DNA of 64,000 nt, taken from the NCBI GenBank assembly GCA_902584805.1, contig CACIBE010000006.1, positions 26,638 through 90,637 of the forward strand, read 5' to 3'. The translations under genes were made by a program, and so were the position numbers. The stretch comes from an uncultured Alphaproteobacteria bacterium. GTDB taxonomy: Bacteria; Pseudomonadota; Alphaproteobacteria; HIMB59; GCA-002718135. The notes beneath the pieces were generated by a model. It worked only from the letters and a program-made list of their open reading frames with translations. It made no database searches and was not told the DNA's origin. Each line of letters starts with the position of its first letter. Positions within the stretch are counted from its first letter, which is position 1. Of the stretch, positions 29,459-39,246 are shown piece by piece.

Positions 29459-30340
29459 ATGTCTAAATTTAGAAACATTGCTTCAATAATAGCATTACTT
29501 CCAATGATAATAATATCATTAACTGTTTTCATTGGATGTATAATTTACTCATTTATTTATTCCCTTACTAATTCAAAATTAATACCTGTTACAAATTTTG
29601 TAGGTTTCGATCAATATGAAAGATTATTTAAACAAAGAAAATGGGATGTTGCAGTTGAAAATATTTTTATCTACGGTTTTGTATTCACAATTGGATGTCT
29701 AATCATTGGTTTTTTACTTGCTGTTTTAATAGACCAAAAAATTAGAGGAGAAAGTTTATTTAGAACTATTTTCCTTTATCCATATGCAATGTCTTTTGTT
29801 GTTACTGGTTTAGTTTGGAAATGGGTGTTGAATCCTACATTTGGATTGGAAAACTCAATGCACATGTGGGGATTCTCTTGGTTCCAGCTTGATTGGTTAG
29901 TAAATAGAGACCTTGCTATTTATGCTGTTTGTATTGCTGCTGTTTGGCAAGGTGCAGGTTTTGTAATGGTATTAATGTTAGCAGGGTTAAGAGGAATTGA
30001 TGAAGACATTTGGAAGTCTCTTAGTATCGAAGGTGTTGCTAAATGGAAATCATACTTATTTGTTATTCTTCCAATGTTACGACCAATGGTTGTAACTGCT
30101 ATAGTCTTAATAGCAGCAGGAGTTGTAAAAGTTTACGATTTAATTTTAGCTTTAACATCTGGTGGGCCAGGTTATGCAACAACCACACCCGCAATGTATG
30201 TAATGGAAAACTTTTTCCAACGGGCGAATTTGGGACAAGCTTTTGCTGCATCAATTATAATGTTCATTTCAGTTGTTTGTATTCTTGCTCCATGGGCATT
30301 TTATGAGTTTTATATAAGAAATAAATACGCGGCCAATTAA
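29459..30340 (+). CDS. Sugar ABC permease (MalF/GtsB-like)
   Basis: FRTIFLYP.AMSFVVTG, AAVWQ, LAGLRGID. Confidence 0.9.
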   Translation: MSKFRNIASIIALLPMIIISLTVFIGCIIYSFIYSLTNSKLIPVTNFVGFDQYERLFKQRKWDVAVENIFIYGFVFTIGCLIIGFLLAVLIDQKIRGESLFRTIFLYPYAMSFVVTGLVWKWVLNPTFGLENSMHMWGFSWFQLDWLVNRDLAIYAVCIAAVWQGAGFVMVLMLAGLRGIDEDIWKSLSIEGVAKWKSYLFVILPMLRPMVVTAIVLIAAGVVKVYDLILALTSGGPGYATTTPAMYVMENFFQRANLGQAFAASIIMFISVVCILAPWAFYEFYIRNKYAAN

Positions 30341-31221
30341 TGAGATCAATACCTACAGGCCCACGTCCAAAACATCTAACCATAGGAAGAATTGGATTGT
30401 ATTGTTTTATTTTTGTATGTGCGATATTTTTTTTAATGCCTCTTTATGTAATGATTATAACTTCACTTAAAGATATGGATGAAATTAGAGCTGCTAATAT
30501 TTTAAATCTACCAAAAGAACTAAGTTTTTATTCTTGGCCTAAAGCATGGTCCCAGGCCTGTACTGGCTTTGTTTGTGAAGGTTTAAAACCAGGTTTTTTT
30601 AATTCTGTAAAAATTACTGTCCCGAGTGTTATTGTGTCTGTTGGTCTAAGTGCACTAAATGGGTATGCTCTTGCTTTTTGGCGTTTTAAAGGAGCTTATT
30701 TATTTTTTGGACTTTGTTTGTTTGGTGCATTTATTCCATATCAGGTAATGGTTTACCCTTTATTAAAAATCGAAGACGCTTTAGGTATTTATTCAACTCT
30801 TCCTGGGATAATTTTAGTTCATACAATATTTGGTATGCCTATACTAACACTAATTTTTAGGAATTTTTATGCCAGTTTACCAATAGATCTTTTTAAAGCC
30901 GCAAGAATTGATGGAGGTAATTTTATAAAAATATTTTTATATGTTATTATCCCAATGTCTGCCCCTATAACTATTGTAGCTGTCATTCTTCAAGTTACTG
31001 GAATTTGGAATGATTTTCTTCTAGGATTAGTTTTTGCAGGTAGAGACAACCAACCTATGACAGTTCAATTAAATAACATAGTGCAAGTTGATTATGGGGT
31101 TGCAGAATATAATGTAGATATGTCTGCAACTATTTTAACATCACTTGTTCCACTTTTTGTTTATTTTATATCAGGAAGATGGTTTGTAAGAGGAATAGCA
31201 GCTGGAGCAATTAAGGGGTAA
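30340..31221 (+). CDS. Sugar ABC permease (MalG/GtsC-like)
   Basis: LFKAARIDG, IWNDFL, FVRGIAAGAIKG. Confidence 0.9.
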   Translation: MRSIPTGPRPKHLTIGRIGLYCFIFVCAIFFLMPLYVMIITSLKDMDEIRAANILNLPKELSFYSWPKAWSQACTGFVCEGLKPGFFNSVKITVPSVIVSVGLSALNGYALAFWRFKGAYLFFGLCLFGAFIPYQVMVYPLLKIEDALGIYSTLPGIILVHTIFGMPILTLIFRNFYASLPIDLFKAARIDGGNFIKIFLYVIIPMSAPITIVAVILQVTGIWNDFLLGLVFAGRDNQPMTVQLNNIVQVDYGVAEYNVDMSATILTSLVPLFVYFISGRWFVRGIAAGAIKG

Positions 31222-31223
31222 TA

Positions 31224-32297
31224 ATGAAAAATAATGTAGAAGTAAAAAATATCTCATTCAGTTATGGTAAAACTGAAATTCTAAAAGATTTAAGCCTTGA
31301 TATAAGAGAGGGTGAATTTATGGTTTTACTTGGCCCTTCAGGTTGTGGAAAAACAACTCTTTTAAATTGTATTGCAGGACTTCTAGATTTAACTGATGGA
31401 CAGATTTGGATTGAAGATGACAACGTTACATGGAAAGAACCAAAAGATAGGCATATAGGAATGGTATTCCAATCCTATGCATTATATCCAAGTATGACGG
31501 TTGAGAAAAATTTATCATTTGGACTAAGAATGATGAATACGCCAAAGAATATAATTAATGAAAAAATTGATAAAGCGGCAAATCTCCTACAAATAAATGA
31601 ATTACTTAAAAGAAAACCTTCTCAACTCTCTGGAGGTCAAAGGCAACGTGTTGCTATTGGTAGAGCTTTAGTTAGAGATGCAAAAGTTTTTTTATTTGAT
31701 GAACCTTTAAGTAACCTTGATGCAAAATTAAGAGCTGAACTACGCTATGAAATTAAAAAACTTCATAGAGATTTATCAAATACAATGATTTATGTTACTC
31801 ATGATCAGATAGAAGCCATGACTCTTGCTGATCGTATATCAGTGATGAAAGATGGATTAATACAACAATTAGATACTCCTAAGCAAATTTATAACAAACC
31901 TGCTAATTTATTTGTTGCTGGTTTTATTGGATCTCCTAGTATGAATTTTTTAAAAGCCAGCTATGACAAATCAAATAAAAAAATAATTGTTGGCAAAAAG
32001 CAAATTGATATTTCTAAATATGAAAATATAAATAATTTGATGAATGATCAAGGGGTTGTCTTTGGAATAAGACCTGAAAATATAAACATAGAGAAAAATG
32101 AAAATTCTATTCAATGTAAAGTTGAATTAGTGGAACCTATGGGGGCAGATACTCTTGTGTGGACTAGTGTTGAAGGTAATCCAATATCTATTAGGCTAGA
32201 AGGAAGTTCGAATTTTAATTTAAATGATGAAATAAACATTTCATTTGATATAAATAAATCTTCAATATTTGACAGCAAATCAGAGGAGAGAATTTAA
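31224..32297 (+). CDS. Sugar ABC ATPase (MalK/MsmK-like)
   Basis: GPSGCGKT, MVFQSYALYP, LSGGQRQR, FDEPLSNLDAKLR, YVTHDQ, C-terminal GIRPE TOBE domain. Confidence 0.95.
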   Translation: MKNNVEVKNISFSYGKTEILKDLSLDIREGEFMVLLGPSGCGKTTLLNCIAGLLDLTDGQIWIEDDNVTWKEPKDRHIGMVFQSYALYPSMTVEKNLSFGLRMMNTPKNIINEKIDKAANLLQINELLKRKPSQLSGGQRQRVAIGRALVRDAKVFLFDEPLSNLDAKLRAELRYEIKKLHRDLSNTMIYVTHDQIEAMTLADRISVMKDGLIQQLDTPKQIYNKPANLFVAGFIGSPSMNFLKASYDKSNKKIIVGKKQIDISKYENINNLMNDQGVVFGIRPENINIEKNENSIQCKVELVEPMGADTLVWTSVEGNPISIRLEGSSNFNLNDEINISFDINKSSIFDSKSEERI

Positions 32298-33070
32298 TGA
32301 ACAGAAACGAAGTAACAATGCAGTTGTACACAACAAGAAAATTTCAACCTTACGAACCAATATTTAAATTCTTATCTGACTCTGGGATAGAAAATATAGA
32401 ACTCTTTGATTTAGATAAAATTGATTTAGATAAATTTAAATCAATGATGGATGAAAATGGCATTTCTATAAAATCTTCTCACATAAGTTTTCAAGCAATT
32501 ACAAATACAGAAGAAACTATTAGAAGGATGAAATATCTAAATATTAAGCATGCGATAGTACCTTCCGTGCCTGAAAAATTTAGTAAAGACTTTGCATCAA
32601 ATTTTGATCTTGATGAAGACACTTGGAATAACTTTGGTAAAGATCTCTCATCATATGTCAAAACGTATGAAGATAATGGCCTAACACTAGGTTATCATAA
32701 TCATTCATTTGAATTTAGACCCCTTCCTAGTGGTAAGCTTCCAATAGAATGTATGATGGATCAAAATGAAAATCTAAAAATGGAACTTGATCTTGGGTGG
32801 GCAGTTGCTGGAAAAGCAGATCCACTTGAATGGATAGAAAAATATAAAAATAAAATTATTGGCTGTCACTTGAAAGATTTTTTTGATGAAACAAAAAATC
32901 TTTTAGATCATAGTGAGCAATCTGCAGTAGGAGAAGGTTTTATAGATTGGCCTAAGCTTATTGGGGAAGTTAAAAAAACACCATGCGAAGTTTTTGTCTT
33001 AGAACATGATGATCCAAAAGATTATAAAGAATACACAACCAAATCTTTAGAATATTTAGAAACAATTTAA
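32297..33070 (+). CDS. Sugar-phosphate isomerase/epimerase family TIM-barrel protein (IolE/AP-endonuclease-2-like)
   Basis: QLYT, LGYHNHSFEF, MELDLGW, HLKD, VGEGFIDW, LEHD metal-site motifs. Confidence 0.85.
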   Translation: MNRNEVTMQLYTTRKFQPYEPIFKFLSDSGIENIELFDLDKIDLDKFKSMMDENGISIKSSHISFQAITNTEETIRRMKYLNIKHAIVPSVPEKFSKDFASNFDLDEDTWNNFGKDLSSYVKTYEDNGLTLGYHNHSFEFRPLPSGKLPIECMMDQNENLKMELDLGWAVAGKADPLEWIEKYKNKIIGCHLKDFFDETKNLLDHSEQSAVGEGFIDWPKLIGEVKKTPCEVFVLEHDDPKDYKEYTTKSLEYLETI

Positions 33071-34194
33071 TGAATATTGGAATTGTTGGCTGTGGAAATA
33101 TTTCTGAAACTTATTTTGAGTGTCAAAAAATATACAATAATTTTAAAATAATTGCATGTGCTGATATATACAAAGAAGCTGCATCTAATGCTGCATCAAA
33201 ATATAATGTTAAGGCATTATCAGTTAAGGAAATTTTAGAAAATAATGAAATTGATTTAATTATTAATCTAACAATTCCTGCCGCGCATAAAGAAATTATT
33301 ACAAAATCATTACTTAATGGAAAACACTGTTTTAGTGAAAAACCTCTAGCAATGAATTTTCAAGAAGGTTTAGAAATACAAAAATTAGCAAATGAAAAGG
33401 GTTTATATGTTGGATGCGCACCCGATACATTTTTAGGAGCTTCAGGACAAAAAGCTAGAAAATTAATTGAAGACAATAGGATAGGTAAAATTGTTCTTGG
33501 TACATTTAATTTAATGTCACATGGGATGGAGCATTGGCACCCTAATCCAGATTTTTTCTTTAAACCTGGTGCTGGACCAGTTTTTGATGTTGGTGTTTAT
33601 TATATTACTCAATTAGTTAACTTAATTGGACCAGTTAAACGAATAAATGCAATCAGTGGAACTGCTACAAATGAGAGAACAATAACTAGTCAACCTAGAT
33701 ATGGAGATAAAATTAAAGTTGAAACACCAACAACATTAATGGGCTCGTTAGAATTTACAAATAACGCTAAAATCCAGTTTTTTTGTACTTGGGATGTTTG
33801 GAAAAATAAGCACTCGACAATCGAGCTTTATGGATTAGATGGAAGTATGATTGTGCCTGACCCCAATTTTTTTAGTGGTGATTTACTCATTTCTCAAAAA
33901 GATAGTGATTGGGAAACAATTAATAATGATAATATGTTGTTAGGTATTCCTAATAAAAGTGATGGAGAAGGTAATAAAAAAGCAAATTATAGAGGTATTG
34001 GTCTTTCAGAAATGATTGATTCAATTGCTAAAAATCGTAAAGCAAGATGTTCACTTGAATTATCTCTTCATGTTTTAGAAATAATGGACGGTATAATAAA
34101 ATCTGCAGAGGAAAAAAGATCATATATTTTAACTACAAATCCTGAACAACCAGATTTACTAACTGAAGAAGAAATAAGTAAACTAAAAATTTAA
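33070..34194 (+). CDS. Gfo/Idh/MocA family oxidoreductase
   Basis: IGIVGCGNIS, NLTIP.AH, SEKPL, APDTFLG, WHPNPDFF, GPVFDVGVYY. Confidence 0.9.
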   Translation: MNIGIVGCGNISETYFECQKIYNNFKIIACADIYKEAASNAASKYNVKALSVKEILENNEIDLIINLTIPAAHKEIITKSLLNGKHCFSEKPLAMNFQEGLEIQKLANEKGLYVGCAPDTFLGASGQKARKLIEDNRIGKIVLGTFNLMSHGMEHWHPNPDFFFKPGAGPVFDVGVYYITQLVNLIGPVKRINAISGTATNERTITSQPRYGDKIKVETPTTLMGSLEFTNNAKIQFFCTWDVWKNKHSTIELYGLDGSMIVPDPNFFSGDLLISQKDSDWETINNDNMLLGIPNKSDGEGNKKANYRGIGLSEMIDSIAKNRKARCSLELSLHVLEIMDGIIKSAEEKRSYILTTNPEQPDLLTEEEISKLKI

Positions 34195-34196
34195 AC

Positions 34197-35558
34197 ATGT
34201 CAGAAATTAAATTTCCATCTGATTTTATTTGGGGTGCATCATCCGCAGCCTATCAAATTGAAGGTGCTTGGAACATTGATGGAAAATCTCCTAGTATTTG
34301 GGATACTTTTACTCAAACTAAAGGTAATGTTCATAATGATGAAAATGCAAATATAACTTGTGATTTTTATAATAATTATAAAGAAGATATTTCTTTAATG
34401 AAAGAAGCTGGATTAAAAAGTTTCCGCTTTTCTACTGCATGGTCTAGAATTCTCCCTAATGGTTTTGGCAAAGTAAATCAAAAAGGTTTAGATTTTTACA
34501 ATCGTGTTATTGACTCACTCTTAGAAAAAAATATTGAGCCTTTTATATGTCTCTATCATTGGGATTTACCACAAATTTTACAAGATAAAGGTGGTTGGAC
34601 AAATAGAGAATCTTTAGATTGGTTTACAGAATTAACAAATATTGTTGTTTCCAATACTTGTGATAGGGTTAAAAAATACTCAACTTTTAATGAACCTGTA
34701 GTTTTTACTCTTGCTGGATACGGACAAGGAATAATGGCTCCTGGTATAAGTGATTTTACAAAAACATTACAAGCTGTGCATCATGTTAATTTATCACACG
34801 GATTTTCTATTAAAGAAATGAGATCAATTTCATCCGATCTAAAATGTGGTTGTGTTAATGTTATGGCTCCAATTAAATCATTTTCTAACAAAGAAAAAGA
34901 TATTGAGGCTTCAAAAATTGCAAATGTTTTTTTCAATACTTTATTTACAGACCCACAATATCTAGGAAATTATGATCCATATATAGCTCAGCAAATGAAA
35001 GATATAATTAAGGATGGAGATATGAAAATAATTAAACAAAAATTAGATTATTTTGGACTTAATTTTTATTCACATTTTCATGTTCAGGCAGATCCAAGTG
35101 ACAAATTATTTATGGGAGCTAAAACAAATAATGATGCAGGTTTTACTTTACTTCCTCCTCCTGATGATGCTGAAGTAAATCCAATGGGGTGGGAAATTGC
35201 TCCATCTTCTTTTTATGATCAAATTATGCAAGTAAAAGAAAAATATGGAAGTCCGTTAATTTATATAACTGAAAATGGTGTAGCAACTGAAGATGTATTA
35301 TCAGAAAAAAATACGATATCAGATGAAGAAAGAATTAGTTTTTATAAACGATATTTAATTTGCTTAAATAAAGCAATCAATGACGGGGCTGATGTTCGAG
35401 GTTTTTATGCATGGTCGTTTACAGATAATTTTGAATGGCATAGGGGATATGACATGAGATTTGGTATGGTTTATATAGACTATGAAAATCAAAAAAGAAT
35501 TCCAAAAGATTCATTTTTCTTTTATAAAAATCTTATAGAAAGTTCAGCAATTAGTTAG
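34197..35558 (+). CDS. GH1 beta-glucosidase (BglA-like)
   Basis: FIWGASSAAYQIEG, RFSTAWSRI, LYHWDLP, TFNEP (acid/base Glu), YITENG (nucleophile Glu), WSFTDNFEW, RFG. Confidence 0.92.
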   Translation: MSEIKFPSDFIWGASSAAYQIEGAWNIDGKSPSIWDTFTQTKGNVHNDENANITCDFYNNYKEDISLMKEAGLKSFRFSTAWSRILPNGFGKVNQKGLDFYNRVIDSLLEKNIEPFICLYHWDLPQILQDKGGWTNRESLDWFTELTNIVVSNTCDRVKKYSTFNEPVVFTLAGYGQGIMAPGISDFTKTLQAVHHVNLSHGFSIKEMRSISSDLKCGCVNVMAPIKSFSNKEKDIEASKIANVFFNTLFTDPQYLGNYDPYIAQQMKDIIKDGDMKIIKQKLDYFGLNFYSHFHVQADPSDKLFMGAKTNNDAGFTLLPPPDDAEVNPMGWEIAPSSFYDQIMQVKEKYGSPLIYITENGVATEDVLSEKNTISDEERISFYKRYLICLNKAINDGADVRGFYAWSFTDNFEWHRGYDMRFGMVYIDYENQKRIPKDSFFFYKNLIESSAIS

Positions 35559-36153
35559 TAATTTTGTTGTAGCTTATCTGATTTTGTTCAAACAAAACTT
35601 CATTAAATTTTGAAAGATCATTATCAACTTTTTTTAACATAGAATTAAATTCTGACCTTTTTGTTACTACTAAAGAAATATCAGCAACAATTAAATCAAT
35701 AACAAAAAACTGATCTTTTGATTCTTTTACTCGCCATGTTACAACAACTGATCCAGTATCTGAAAAAATCTCCATATCTATCAAAGTGACTTGATTTTTG
35801 TTGTCATATTTTGATTTTGTTAATTCATATGTTTGGTCTGAATAACCTTGCATCATTGAAGCTATATTTAAAGCTAAATGTCGTTTAAAATTATCAATGT
35901 AGATTTTTTTTGTATTTTTATCTGATTTTTTCCAAGCTTCTCCTGCAACAAACTTAGCTATACCAGTACCAGCAAAATTATTATTAATTGTTTTTTCAAT
36001 TAAAAGAAATCTGTTTTCATTAGAGAGATTTTGATTTTTATAAGCTTCAAGAATTATATCAATTTCTCTTTTCAACCATTCTGAAGTTTCATCAGAATAT
36101 AAATTTTTTGAAATAAAGATTATAAAAATAAATATAATTAAATTAAACTTCAT
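35551..36153 (-). CDS. mlaC: Phospholipid-binding periplasmic protein MlaC/Ttg2D
   Basis: Signal peptide; IAKFVAGEAW, VTWRV, VIDLIVADISLVVTKRSEF; downstream of mlaA. Confidence 0.8.
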   Translation of the reverse strand: MKFNLIIFIFIIFISKNLYSDETSEWLKREIDIILEAYKNQNLSNENRFLLIEKTINNNFAGTGIAKFVAGEAWKKSDKNTKKIYIDNFKRHLALNIASMMQGYSDQTYELTKSKYDNKNQVTLIDMEIFSDTGSVVVTWRVKESKDQFFVIDLIVADISLVVTKRSEFNSMLKKVDNDLSKFNEVLFEQNQISYNKITN

Positions 36154-36938
36154 TATTCAAATTCAATGCTAATTAGTGGCAGAGGTGTTAATTCTGAATC
36201 ATCAACATTGTTAATTGCTGCCTTTCGGTTTTGATAATATGAGCTTCTTACTGCAGCATAATAATCTACTGAATTATCTCTTAAGGCATTAACTTCATCA
36301 ATTATTTGTGATCTTGTATCAACTGCATTAACTGCTGTTCTCATTGGTACTAACCAAGCTTCTCCTTCACTTACTGCATATGCATTAATTGGATCAGTCA
36401 TCATTGTTAAAACCATTCCTGAAGCATCTCTAAGATTTGATGGACCAAATAAAGGAAGAACAATGTAAAAACCATCTCCAACACCCCAAGTTGCAAGTGT
36501 TTGTCCATAATCCTCCTCTTTTTCTTCAAGACCGACCTTTTCAGCTACATCAAATAAGCCAAATACACCCACAGTACTATTAAGAATAAATCTTCCTGAT
36601 GATTGAATGGCATTTTCACCTTGACCTTGTAATAATTGATTAACAACAACCAAAGGAGCTCTTAAATTACTAATAAAATTATTTATTCCACCTTGTATTG
36701 GAGAAGGTAATTTTTTATAGCCTTTTGCAATTGGTTCTAAAACAATTCTATCAGCTACATTATTAAAACTAAATATAGCTCTATTTAGTGGTTCAAAAGG
36801 ATCATATATTTCATCTTCTATCGTGGTTGTTTCAAAGTCCTCAGAGTCAGTATTTACTTGATCAGCATCACTAGCAATTACGTTATAGGATAGTAAACTG
36901 AAAAATAGAAAAAATAGAATTATAATTTTTTTACTCAT
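36153..36938 (-). CDS. mlaA: VacJ/MlaA family protein
   Basis: YDPFEPLNRAIF, RFILNSTVG, EDYGQTLATWG, YIVLPLFGPSNLRD, YAAVRSSY. Confidence 0.92.
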   Translation of the reverse strand: MSKKIIILFFLFFSLLSYNVIASDADQVNTDSEDFETTTIEDEIYDPFEPLNRAIFSFNNVADRIVLEPIAKGYKKLPSPIQGGINNFISNLRAPLVVVNQLLQGQGENAIQSSGRFILNSTVGVFGLFDVAEKVGLEEKEEDYGQTLATWGVGDGFYIVLPLFGPSNLRDASGMVLTMMTDPINAYAVSEGEAWLVPMRTAVNAVDTRSQIIDEVNALRDNSVDYYAAVRSSYYQNRKAAINNVDDSELTPLPLISIEFE

Positions 36939-37017
36939 AGACTAATCACTAATAACTAAACTATTATTTAATATAGTTTATAAATTACATTATATATATC
37001 TCTATTATAGCAAAAAA

Positions 37018-39246
37018 ATGACAGAAAATTCGCAAAATTATCTTGATTTATTAAATAAAGAACAAAGAAATGCTGTAGAGCAAACTAATGGTTCATTACT
37101 TGTATTAGCTGGCGCGGGTAGTGGCAAAACAAGGGTATTAACCTTTAGAATCTTGAATATATTAATAAAAAAACTTGCTACTCCGAGGCAAATTTTAGCA
37201 GTTACTTTTACAAATAAAGCTGCGAGCGAAATGAAGTCACGAATCGGAGATACATTAAATTTCCCTATAGATAATATGTGGGTGGGAACATTTCACTCTT
37301 TATCACTAAGAATACTAAGACAACATTATGAAGAAGTAGGACTAAGAAAAAATTTTTTAATTATTGATGTAGATGACCAGTTAAAATTGATAAAAAATAT
37401 TTGTGAGGTAGAAAAAATAGACACAAAAGAAACTTCACCTAAATATTATTTATCAGCAATAGATAATTTAAAAAACAAAGGAATAAGTCCAAATGAATTG
37501 AGTGAAAATAAATATCGGAAAAACGATAAAGAACTTCGAAAAATCTATAGTATTTATCAGTCTGAACTTCTTCGATTAAATAGTGTTGATTTTGGTGACT
37601 TGATTTTATTTTGTATAAAAATTTTTCAAAAAAATAAAAATATATTATCAAAATATCAAAACATTTTTAAATATATTCATGTAGATGAATATCAAGATAT
37701 TAATCCAATACAACAAGAGTGGATTCATTTTTTATATAAAGGAAATAAAAATATATGTTGCGTTGGTGATGATGATCAATCAATATATTCTTGGAGAGGA
37801 GCTGATGTTACTAATTTATTAAATTTTGAAAAAAATTTCGAGAATGTAACAATTGTAAGACTAGAACAAAATTATCGGTCTACAAGAAATATATTAAGTT
37901 GTGCATCAACTCTTATTTCTAAAAATAAAGGAAGATATGGAAAAGAATTATGGAGTAAAAATCAGATTGGTGAAAAAATTACAATTAATGGATTTTGGGA
38001 AACAAAAGAAGAGTCTGTTTTTGTAACAGACAAAATAGAAAATATAATAAAAGATAAAATAAATTTGAGTGAAATCTCAATCTTATTTCGAGTAGCTGCT
38101 CATACTAGATCTTTTGAAGAAAGATTAATTAATCTTGGGTTGCCTTATAAAATAATTGGTGGATTACGATTTTATGAAAGAAAAGAAATCAAAGATATAA
38201 TTGCGTATTTAAGATTAACAAATAATCTATCTGACGACTTAGCTTTTGAAAGAATAATTAATGTACCCAAAAGAGGTATTGGAAAATCAACAATTAGTAA
38301 AATCAGTAGCTATGCAAGAATGAATAATATTTCTCTATTTGAATCTGCACAACAACTGACATTTAAGAGTAATTCTAAAGTCAAAGCAGAATTATATAAT
38401 TTTACTGACAACATTTTAAAATGGCAAAAGGTTAAGAAAAAATTTGACCATATTGAATTAACAAAAGTAATTATAGAAGACTCCGGCTATTTAGATTACT
38501 TAAAAAAAGAGGAAGAGAGCTCAAATAAACCAGACAGCCTATCAAGAATAGACAATTTAAATGAATTTATAGAAAGTTTAAAAGAATTTGAAAACATAGA
38601 AGGTTTTTTGGAACATGTATCTTTGGTTATGGAAAATATAACAAATACTTCAGAAGAAACTCTAACTCTCATGACAATGCATGCAGCTAAAGGATTGGAG
38701 TTTGATTATGTATTTTTAGCTGGCTGGGAGGAAGGAGTTTTTCCAAGTCAAAGATCAATAGAGGAATCAGGTAATCAGGGATTAGAAGAAGAAAGAAGGT
38801 TGGCCTATGTTGCACTAACTAGAGCAAGAAAAAAAATTTATATTACTTATGTAAATCAAAATAGATATTCTTTTGCATCACATGATTACAATCTACCATC
38901 TAGATTTATAAGCGAGCTTCCAGAAGATAAAGTAGAGATAAATGATTCAAAATATATTCAAGATAATAACTTTTTAGATAATTTTTTAGAAACTGATTCA
39001 TTTAGTGAAGAAATAATTACACCGGGAAGAAGAAGATTATTAGAAAACTCAAAAAAAAATAATATCGATTGGGATTTTAATCAAGATTTCGAATATGATG
39101 TTGATATATCTAAAGGGAAAAATGTTTATCATCAAAAATTTGGAAACGGAAAAATTATAAAACTAGATGGTGATAAAGCTTTAATTGACTTTGATAATTT
39201 TTCTTCAAAAAAAGTATATTTAAAATTTTTGAAAATTATTGATTAA
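37018..39246 (+). CDS. uvrD: ATP-dependent DNA helicase UvrD/PcrA
   Basis: LAGAGSGKT, VTFTNKAA, VDEYQD, VGDDDQSIY, LEQNYRS, TMHAAKGLEF, EERRLAYVALTRA. Confidence 0.95.
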   Translation: MTENSQNYLDLLNKEQRNAVEQTNGSLLVLAGAGSGKTRVLTFRILNILIKKLATPRQILAVTFTNKAASEMKSRIGDTLNFPIDNMWVGTFHSLSLRILRQHYEEVGLRKNFLIIDVDDQLKLIKNICEVEKIDTKETSPKYYLSAIDNLKNKGISPNELSENKYRKNDKELRKIYSIYQSELLRLNSVDFGDLILFCIKIFQKNKNILSKYQNIFKYIHVDEYQDINPIQQEWIHFLYKGNKNICCVGDDDQSIYSWRGADVTNLLNFEKNFENVTIVRLEQNYRSTRNILSCASTLISKNKGRYGKELWSKNQIGEKITINGFWETKEESVFVTDKIENIIKDKINLSEISILFRVAAHTRSFEERLINLGLPYKIIGGLRFYERKEIKDIIAYLRLTNNLSDDLAFERIINVPKRGIGKSTISKISSYARMNNISLFESAQQLTFKSNSKVKAELYNFTDNILKWQKVKKKFDHIELTKVIIEDSGYLDYLKKEEESSNKPDSLSRIDNLNEFIESLKEFENIEGFLEHVSLVMENITNTSEETLTLMTMHAAKGLEFDYVFLAGWEEGVFPSQRSIEESGNQGLEEERRLAYVALTRARKKIYITYVNQNRYSFASHDYNLPSRFISELPEDKVEINDSKYIQDNNFLDNFLETDSFSEEIITPGRRRLLENSKKNNIDWDFNQDFEYDVDISKGKNVYHQKFGNGKIIKLDGDKALIDFDNFSSKKVYLKFLKIID

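Noticed and set aside
26079-34194. Gfo/Idh/MocA proteins as NAD-dependent sulfoquinovosidases (GH188)
   Set aside because: No sulfoglycolysis or SQ monooxygenase genes are nearby, and I cannot verify any diagnostic motif by eye.
35551-36938. mlaA-mlaC without mlaFED
   Set aside because: A split arrangement is common in Alphaproteobacteria.
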